DNA from: Vicugna vicugna
Lineage: Eukaryota
Direction: 5' to 3'
DNA: 64,000 nucleotides
NCBI GenBank assembly: GCA_013265495.1
Contig: MU058423.1
Coordinates: forward strand, 3,363,061-3,427,060
The notes beneath the pieces are model-generated. The model worked only from the letters and a program-made list of their open reading frames with translations, was not told where the DNA came from and ran no database searches. Within the stretch, counting starts at the first letter, position 1; each line of letters begins with the position of its first letter. Positions 54,919-64,000 of this stretch are shown one piece after another. Both the position numbers and the translations under genes were made by a program.

Positions 54919-55630
54919 TACTCTATCTTAAAATTGTGATAATGTCTCTGAGATAATGTGGATTCAGATAGAACCCAATTAGCAATTTGTTCCCATCCCC
55001 TCCACCTGGCTGCAATTCTCAGCTAGGGATCAGTTAAAGGTAGTATTTTTTGCAGGGTAAAGGGTTAGAAAATGACTATTTTGTGATTATTTGGGGCTTT
55101 CTTAGTTTGGTGCATGATGCATATTTTCTAATAACTGGTCTATTTCTTACACATCTCATAAATGAAGACAAACTGAAACACATAGTAACTGGAAAACTAA
55201 TTGAAAAGGGATGTTTTCTTTAACATTGCAATAATGTGACCATGAATTTTACATGATGGAACTTTTTGAATTCCACTTATAGAGAGGGTTTTTCTGCATC
55301 TTCCTGTATTACTAAATCTCGAATTCTGCATCTCAGTAAAAAGTGTACACTGTTTATCAACAGTGAGCCACATATATTTTGTTATGCACACTACTATCTA
55401 AATGTTTTTATTATAGGGCAGCTCAAAACCATTACAGAACAAGGCAAGGTATAAATACATGAATATGAAAATAAAGTAAAAGTAAAATAAATTTTAAAAA
55501 CTCAGTTGAGTGTACTTTGGGACGTGTCTATTTTGAATACAGTATAGTTTCCATATTCTTTCCATAACAGAAACTGTATTATTTTTCTCTTTTAAGATTT
55601 TTTTAAAGACATAAAAATAGCATTACTACT

Positions 55631-56290
55631 TGTCCTGGGTTGAATAGTGTACCCCCAAATTCATGTCTACTCAGAATCTCAGAATGTGGAGAAGGGGAGT
55701 GTATATAGCCCAGTAGTTAAAGTACTTGCTTAGCATGCACAAGGTCCTGGGTTCAATCCCCAGTACTTCCATTAAAATAACTAAATAAACAAACCTGACT
55801 ACCCACTCATCCCCAACCAAAAAACAAACAGGCACCCCCCCAAAAAAACAACAAAAAACACCCAACAAACAAAATAAATAAAATGTTAAAACAAAACAAA
55901 AAATCTCAGAATGTCCTCTTATTGGAAATAAGGTCTTTGCAGATGTAATTACTTAGGATGAGGTCATACTTGATCAGAGTAGGCCTGAAATCCAATGACT
56001 GGTGTATCTTTATAGAAGGCCCCGTGGAGACACAGAGAGACACACAGAGGAGAAGGCCATGTGAAGATGGAGGCAGACACTGGAGTGATACAGCTATAAG
56101 CCAAGGGCTGCTGGCAACCTCCAGGAACTAGGGGACAGGCAAGGGAAAGATTTTCCCTCAGAGCCGCTTGAAGAAACCAACCTTGTTTACACCTTGATTT
56201 TAGACTTCCGGCCTCCTGAATTGTGAGAGAGTGAATGTCTGTTCTTTAAGCCGCCCAGTTCTTATTAACTTGTTATGGCTCATAAACTGA
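55631..56290 (+). mobile_element. MaLR solo LTR (MLT1B/C-like) interrupted by a SINE
   Basis: tgtcctgggttgaatagtgtacccccaaattcatgtc; ggaaataaggtctttgcagatgtaatt; ccatgtgaagatggaggcagacactggagtg. Confidence 0.88.
55688..55901 (+). mobile_element. tRNA-derived SINE (Vic-1-like) with perfect 13-bp TSD
   Basis: A/B boxes; aatctcagaatgt at 55675-55687 and 55902-55914. Confidence 0.92.
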
Positions 56291-58574
56291 GCAGCTAATG
56301 GGTGCTCTGTAAATAACTGCCAACTGACATCCTTCAAAAGGGAGAATAAAATTCTGTAATAATTTAAACAGGAGAGGCACTCCCACAATAATTTTAAACA
56401 AAACACACTCAGAAGAACAAAAGCTTTCTTTTCTTTCTTTTTTCTTTTTTTTTCCTTTTTGGTTTAATATAAAATGCTTTACTATAGTTGCATTTTGAAA
56501 AGTTTTGATCTCATTAATATTATGTATATGAATTACAGCCAAGGAAACTGACTTAAATGAGAGGAATCAAATTCCATGCTTTTAAAACGATACTACTCAC
56601 AGATAATTTAAACATTTTATCATTTATCTTCTGTCAACAGCCACAGCTGGCTTGTTGTGCCCATTACATTGGGTTTCAGTAACCTGACCACTCTTGAAAG
56701 GATATCATGACAGATAGACTGTATTTGCAACACATATGAGAAAAAAAACTGATGCAATGTACTTCTTCAGTTGATGAGCTTTCATGATACTGTAGGACAC
56801 AGAGAAAAAAATGTAAAAAAGAATGATAAATAAACCAAGAATAAGTGAAAATTGTTATTTTTTCATTGTATTTTTCCATATCATAAATGAATTTTATTCA
56901 GAATAAATGTATAATATTTGCATATTCATAGTAAAATACATCGACGAGTCTGGGGAAAAGTATTAATTGAATAAATTATATTTATAGAAAAATGCCTACA
57001 ACTGAAAGGCACTCTTAAGCTGTCATTCTGATGTTCTGTCTCCCTCTACTAATCAGTGAGCCAAATTACATTTTCCTTTTCCCCACTCCAAAGTGCATCT
57101 CTTCTCTAAAGACAAAAAAATAAAAAAATAAAAAATTGTTTATTGCTAAAACTACAAAATCTGTTCATGAATTTAAAAGAATATTCAAAATAAGTATATC
57201 AAATATTATCTGTTTATGCCTCTGTCGTTGGTCTGTGAGCTCCTCAGGAAGTTAGAGACTGATTTATCTTCGTAGCCCTGGCAGCTACCACACTGCTTGG
57301 CACAGTATACACACTCAGTAAACGCTGGGTAGAGGATACGTTGAGGCAATTTGGGCAGTTATAGAAACCTTCATTTATCATTATTTTATAAAGTTGTTTC
57401 ATAAATAACATTATTACGTGGATTTATTTAAATGAGTAAAACATTTTCCCATTTCCCTATATTGACTTCATTTAAAATGCTAAAGCTATTTTAACTTCAA
57501 TATATTTTAACAGTTTTAGATCTATGTTCATTGTCATTTTGATTGTGGTTTAATCTGGGCATTTTTCTGGTTATCTGTTATCCTGATTAGTTGTGTATTA
57601 TTGAGGGTTTTTATTGGTTAGAATTAGGATCAGTTGTGGGGGGCAGAAGGCCTGAAATAATGGTGGCTGAAGGTCTGAGTTTATCTCTGTTATACATAAA
57701 TATAGATAGTTCAGGGCTGACAGGATCCTGGCTCCCTCCGTCTTACTGCTCCATCATGAATACTCATGCATAAGCTGTATACACTAAGTGGAATAAACAG
57801 CTGCAGAGCCTTTGAGAGAGTAGGCAAGAATACATTTCATGTCACAGCAGAGTAGAGGTTGGTTTATTAGGAGTTCTGACCAAAGGTGCCAACATAATGG
57901 GCTGGGTCCATTACAACTAAGACTGGGGTGCCCAGTTCTGGGCTACATGATATGCACAATAAGTTTCACAAATAATATCCTATAAATTCATGACCACAAA
58001 TTGGTACTCAAAGTGCCACTAAATGTTATCCAGTTTCTCTCGTAACATGGCCTCCCACTCTCTACCATAACTTTGCTATACCTTCTTCCATCTCTTCAAA
58101 CTTCTGGCCCTCACATCCTCTTTTCCTAACCCTCTCTCCCTCACATTTTAACATCTTCATTTTTACCATTTCTTCGATCATTCATCAAGGAAATGGAAGC
58201 CAGTCTTCAAAGGGCATGGGCCCTTTTCATCTTTCCCACTGTATCTATAAACTCTAAACAGAAATTGCACCTTTTTTTGGTTTGCATTGGAGGAAGGGCA
58301 TCTACAGCTGTAGTCAGTCGTAGATAGAGGTGAAGATGCAGAGAACATGGAGAGTTGAATTTAGTCAAGGTTATGGCTTTGCAAAATGAATAAGGCAAAG
58401 AAAGAGGGACCAAAGTGTAAAGGGATGTGAAAGGTATTGATTAAGATAATGGACTATAGAATCTAAGTGGAAGTAAAGAGAGAAATGCCACAATGAGGTG
58501 AGGACACTGACAAGGTGAAACCTTTAATAGATTGTAGGTCCCAATGAGATCCCTGCTCATATTATTTGCCCATT

Positions 58575-58962
58575 NNNNNNNNNNNNNNNNNNNNNNNNNN
58601 NNNNNNNNNNNNNNNNNNNNNNNNNNNNNNNNNNNNNNNNNNNNNNNNNNNNNNNNNNNNNNNNNNNNNNNNNNNNNNNNNNNNNNNNNNNNNNNNNNNN
58701 NNNNNNNNNNNNNNNNNNNNNNNNNNNNNNNNNNNNNNNNNNNNNNNNNNNNNNNNNNNNNNNNNNNNNNNNNNNNNNNNNNNNNNNNNNNNNNNNNNNN
58801 NNNNNNNNNNNNNNNNNNNNNNNNNNNNNNNNNNNNNNNNNNNNNNNNNNNNNNNNNNNNNNNNNNNNNNNNNNNNNNNNNNNNNNNNNNNNNNNNNNNN
58901 NNNNNNNNNNNNNNNNNNNNNNNNNNNNNNNNNNNNNNNNNNNNNNNNNNNNNNNNNNNNNN
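58575..58962. other. Assembly gap (388 N)
   Basis: Run of N characters. Confidence 1.
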
Positions 58963-58992
58963 GTCTTTTTATAGTAACAGGATTCCTTACAT

Positions 58993-59170
58993 ATTTTTTT
59001 TAATAGACTTGATTCTTTTAGAGCAGTTTCAGGTTCACAACAGAATTGAGCAGAAAATACAGAATTCGCACACAGCCCTCCCCACCCACACATATATACT
59101 TCCCTACCCTCAACATCCCTCATCAGTGTGGCATATTTGATATAATTGATGAAACAACATCATTGTCATC
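58993..59170 (-). mobile_element. L1MC-like 3' end
   Basis: tttttaatagacttgattcttttagagcagtttcaggttcacaacagaattgagcagaaaatacaga. Confidence 0.75.
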
Positions 59171-60484
59171 CTTTCAGTTTCAAGCTTTCTGTTTTTTAGG
59201 TAAGTGTTTTAGGTAAGTTATTTGTAAACAGCATGTAGTTGGACTTTGTTATATTTTTAACTGGAAGATTTATTCCATTTATAGTTAATGTACTTACGGA
59301 TAGTTTTGTTTAAAGCTACCATCTTATTCTATGCTATTTTCCCTGCATGTTCTAAGATTCTCTTTTTCCTTTGTTGCCTTCTGCTATATTTAACAAAATC
59401 ATCCTGTCTTTTTCCCCTTCATTTGCTTTTGCTGTTGTTTTCAAAAATATCACTTGTAGTGATAACTTGAGGACTAAGATGATGATAACCAACTTCAGAC
59501 TAGATTTTTGTTTGTTTTTCTTAGGTGCCTGGGAGCTTTGTCAATCTGGGATCGCTTCATGTAATTCAAATCCTGAAGTTCCCTGGACCGCACAGGTGAT
59601 ACAAAGCCATCCTGCAAGGCCTTGCAGAGGCTCGTTTCTTCTGGTTTACCCTTCCCATGAGGGGATAGCCCTGCAAAGACCCAGTTTGAAGTGGAGGTGG
59701 TTTGTCAGAGACCTGTACCTTCACTGAGCCCTGGGTTTTGTCTTTTGTTCTTTGTTAACCCTGTGGGGCCACAGAACAACTGCTTAACTTCACAGTGGAT
59801 TCTTCTGGGTTCAGAAAAACACTTAAGTGCTAATCTTTCCTGTCTGGGTTTTCTCCTTCTCTCCTAGATATTGGTCCTAGATAATATTTTGTCTTATTGG
59901 TTCACAGATACCTTTAAGAAACTTTAAGAAACAAATATTTTATCAACTTTTCCAGTTATACTTAGTAGGACGTTCATTCCTAATTGCCCAGCTTGCCATT
60001 ACCACAAGTGGAGTTCTGTGTGTATTTTATGCTTTTGATATGTTGTCATATTTCCGTCCAGAAAGGGTACATCAATTTGTACTTTTTCTAGTAATGTATG
60101 ATATTACCTGTTTCCCTGTATCCTTACCAACACTAGGTGATATTATCTTATAAAAGATCTTACTGGCAAGAGAGACAATAATCGGTGCACCAAAATTTCC
60201 AGAAGCATCTAAATAGTGGAATGAATCTTGTCACTTATATTTTTACCTTACTAATGGCATTTCTGATGAAGTGTATCCTTTTCAAAACTATGAAGTTTGT
60301 TAATACTACATTCTGTTCTATAATCATACTTGCATCCTCTTTGTTTTGTCTATAGGATGATTTGAAATGTTTAAAATCAAATGACATTTACATTCTCATG
60401 ACGCTATAAATGTTATTTATTGTAAAGCCAAGTGGTGTGCTGGAACTACATTTCTTTCTCAGTGGATCTAGTGCTATTCCTCCT

Positions 60485-61010
60485 TGTGGTAGATTGTTTA
60501 TAAAGTCAGACTCCATAACTCTTCCCATCCTTGTAACCACACCCCTGTGCAATGTGACTTTGCTACTCCGCCCATCAAGAGGTAGAGTTTATTTCTCCAT
60601 CTCTTGAATCTGTGCTGGTCTTGTCCAGTGACACTGTGGGACTCCCAAGCCTAGGCTTCAAGCAGTCTTGCAGCTTTTGCACTTGCCTTCTTAATGCCCT
60701 GAGACCATCATGTAAAGAAGCCTGGACTACTTGACAATAAGAAATCATGTGGAGAGAAAGAGGCTGTTAACAGCCAGAAACAATCACCAGTTATATGCTT
60801 GGAGACATCTTGGACCATCCAATCCCAGCCAAACTGCCAGATGACTGACTACAGCCACATAAGTAACCATAGGAAAGAATAGCAGAAGAACCACCTAGCT
60901 GAGTCCAGTACAAATTTCTAATCCACAGAATCACAAGCAAAAAAAATGGGTGTTCCAAGCCACTTAGTTTTGTAGGGTGGGTTGTTACACACCAATAGTT
61001 AACTGGTATA
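60485..61010 (+). mobile_element. MaLR solo LTR (MLT1F/G-like)
   Basis: tgtggtagattg...gcaatgtgactttgctactccgcccatcaagaggtagag; cagaagaaccacctagctgagtccag; ttgttacacaccaatagttaactggtata end. Confidence 0.85.
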
Positions 61011-61835
61011 CCTTTTTATGTCACTCAAAGGAGAATATTTGAGAAAAACCAAATTACGTTATGAGTCGGAATACAATAGGAGTGGTTTTAAAAATATTTA
61101 ACAACCTGTGTAGACTAAAGAATGCCACAGAGGCTGCAGTACCAATAAATGAGAGGGTAATGTGAAGATAACTTTTGGAGTGCACTGGCTGGTGGTGGGC
61201 TGTCACAGCCTCCAGGGTAGAACAGATACCTAGTATTTGCTTGTCAGGGTGCAAATGTCACCATCTGGGGTGCTGTCTTCCCTGTCTTGGTCTGAACTTG
61301 CTCTGAACAGAGGCCTGAGATGACACAAGAGGCAGTGGGCTGTTAGGAATGGCCACCTGGGCAGGCACTCCTTTAAAGTGGAGCCCACCTGGGACTCCCT
61401 TTAGCTAGAGTGATTGGTACAGAAGAGGGTGGGTATGCAAGGGCTTAGCCCAATGACTATGTACTACTGAGTTCAGAAATATTTCCTTATTTCTTATATT
61501 GGCAGAATATCAGGTCTCCTATAGAGATTTACTGCACAATTAAAGCAAACATATTTGTTATTGTGGCTGTAAAATACAGGTATCATTCTGAGTTTAAGTG
61601 TCTTTTTTCCTTCAACAGGGAGTTGGTAATTGTCTTCTAGCTACAACTGACTTGGTGATTATCCTCATTCTGGTTCTTGGGGTGTTTGTTTGTTTTTTCA
61701 TTTTTTGGTGAGTTTTTCCTCCTTTTCTCTTCATATATGTATTGCAGTGAGCCTGCTGATCCCCTTCACATTTACTAGTATCCAATCATCATACTGCAAG
61801 GGCTATCTGCCCAGTTCCCTAAAAATAAATAGCTC

Positions 61836-62001
61836 TTTTTTTTCTTTTTTTTTCTTTCGGGGAGGGGAGAGGGAGGTAATTAGGTTTGTTTGTTTGTTTG
61901 TTTATTTATTTATTTATTTTAGAGGCGGTACTGGGGATTGAATCCAGGACTTCATGCATGCTAAGCATGTGCTCTCCCACTTTGAGCTATACCCTCCCTC
62001 C
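61836..62001 (-). mobile_element. tRNA-derived SINE (Vic-1-like)
   Basis: A/B boxes on the minus strand and a (TTTG/TTTA)n tail; approximate TSD taaatagctcttt / taaataactgttt. Confidence 0.88.
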
Positions 62002-62747
62002 TTAAATAACTGTTTAATATCTTTCATTTTTACACTACTTTTGCATCTTCTCTTACTGGACTGTATTTGTTGAATTTGTCTTTTATTTCTCCTGTTATGT
62101 TCAGTCCCATGCTGAATCACACTGTTCTGGGTTTAATTTTTCTTTTGCTATATGCAGTACTTTCAATCCCCAGGGCACATTCTCTGATATTGTCTTAAGG
62201 CTAAACTGAACATCTCTTTCCAAAACATGTCCTGGAGAAAGGTCTCCGGTCTTGGCCACAGAATTAAGGTTGGATTTCACCTTTTTTCCCTCTGCTCACA
62301 CTGACCACACTGATCATACTCGTTAAGAGTCCTCATAGCTATTGCTTAGCAATAAATTCTCTGAGTTTCAGAGGCCTTAACTTTTCAGGAATGTTGCTTC
62401 CCTGATTCTTCTGTTGAAATTTACATCTGATTCACTCTTTTCATGCTGGGAGAGCCATTTGTTCATCCCCTTGAGGAGCAGGAAACAAAGCAACTGTGTT
62501 TGTGGCAGGTGTATCTGTGTCTTGTGTGTAAGGTGTCCCCTTCTTAAGCTATCATTGCAGGGATCAAAATAAACGTGCCTCCCAAGCTGTCTAATCACCC
62601 AAACCTGCTGTTTCCCCGGTAGGAAAGAGATTCAGTATTTTAGGAACTTTAACTCTTTCTGTCCTACCACATGAAAATTACAATATGTGAATCTCAAAGT
62701 CTTCAAATCATATTGTGATTTTCAAAATTCTTCCTTTCCTTTTCAAG

Positions 62748-62896
62748 GCTCAGAGTTTAGAAATAAAGAATGTGAAGATAATAAGCCGTTTAATAGAGAT
62801 GATGAAAGAGGGCAGAGTCCTTTGTGGAGAGGAAATGGTGCGAATGTTCCCAAGCTTGCTCCTGAAACAGCTGTTAAGGTCTGGTCATGTGAACAG
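62748..62896 (+). pseudogene. Frameshifted exon of an SLC25A24/SCaMC-1-like (ATP-Mg/Pi carrier family) paralogue
   Basis: Pyrimidine tract plus AAG acceptor and a CAG|GTAAAG donor bracket [24 protein letters not shown][CT, frameshift][25 protein letters not shown]. This aligns to the SCaMC exon ...[32 protein letters not shown] (recalled). It is 149 nt versus 153 nt expected for 51 codons. Confidence 0.85.
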
Positions 62897-64000
62897 GTAA
62901 AGCTGTACTGCCTATGACATTTATTAACAAGGGAAAGTTATTTAATTTTATTTAAAAAGTGCTTCAAGTTATTACGAAACAAAGGGAAATGGTTGTTAAT
63001 TCTATATTGGAACACTACTATAAATTTATATAATGATATTATTATTATATAATTGTAATGTTGTTATTATATCTTAGTGCTGTTTTTAGAAGAAATTCTG
63101 TCTTTGTGGTCTTAACATTTCCTCCATAAGAGCTATTTTAGAGCATTCATTTGGGATTCTATGTGGAAACTTCACAATAGTGTACTAAATTCACTGAATT
63201 CTAACAGGAATAATATGGTCGAGTCGAGGGAGACCTTAACCTTATCCCTAATGCTAACCTTGCCTATCTTTTCAGCCCCATCTTTAACCACAATTTCCAC
63301 TCTGGTCATACTGAGCTTTTAGTACCTCAGACACACTTTACTTTTTTACTGTTCTGTAAGAAAAAATTTATTATCATTAATGTATGCGATAATAGCTACT
63401 ACTTCCTTAGTTTCTTTGTGGCAAACACTTTACATGTGTGCATCCCTGTGTTTGTTTACTCTTCATAACAATCCTGCAAAGAAGGAACCGTAGGTATAAT
63501 GGTTACCAGCATAGGCAAGGCTCTTGCCTTCATTTTCCAGATGAAGAAACTGAATTATTAGCGAAGTTGAATAATCTGTCCTGAATCACTCGGTAAATGA
63601 CCAGGACAAGATTGATTCTGGATTTGCCATGTCATGTTGGTTCATAAAAATTGGACATAGTCGCCATCAGAACATGTTGCATAAGGTTCTCAGTTGTTTC
63701 CATCTCAGTTTTCCATTTTCATTATATTTATTCCTTATCATAATCTACGCTTATTGAATGTAGCTGTATAGCAGGTCTTATTCTAGTCAAAAAGAGGCAC
63801 AGGAAGAAATCTCTACAGTTAAGGTTGAGACCTCCTATCTAATGTGCATGGCAATATTCAGGTACTCGGTACTGTGCACTGCAGTTTTTAACTATAAATT
63901 CAATGCCCAGGTATTCATTGATATTGAATAAGTTGCATGCCCTCTGGGGTTTTTGAGCACTAACATACTTTTGAACTCTTGTTAATATAGTTCAAGTAGT

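Noticed and set aside
58544..59140. ORFs of 145-198 aa in the ORF track
   Set aside because: Artefacts of translating through the N gap.
60356..60484. Candidate preceding carrier exon after a tatag acceptor (SG..WNYI-like)
   Set aside because: It needs several frameshifts, the spacing is wrong, and agtggtgtgctgga resembles a hAT transposon terminus.

Overview
Mammalian genomic DNA, probably camelid judging by six copies of a tRNA-derived Vic-1-like SINE. The left half carries the 5' part of EEIG2/FAM102B on the minus strand: a CpG-island promoter at about 32.2-32.9 kb and coding exons 1-3 (32285-32424, 8499-8619, 1132-1161), which splice into one continuous NT-C2-domain reading frame that continues beyond the left edge. 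The right half is repeat-rich (L1, L2, MIR, MaLR/ERVL LTRs, hAT and Tigger elements) and contains a 388-nt assembly gap. Near its end lies one frameshifted exon of an SLC25A24/SCaMC-1-like mitochondrial carrier on the plus strand (62748-62896), probably from a decayed paralogue. The most notable observations are that pseudo-exon, an L1 insertion flanked by a 114-bp target-site duplication, a strong-Kozak uORF ahead of three weak tandem ATGs in EEIG2, and several intronic motif clusters. I found no convincing new multi-gene system. Repeat family names come from recognised consensus motifs, not from a database search, and repeat boundaries are approximate.
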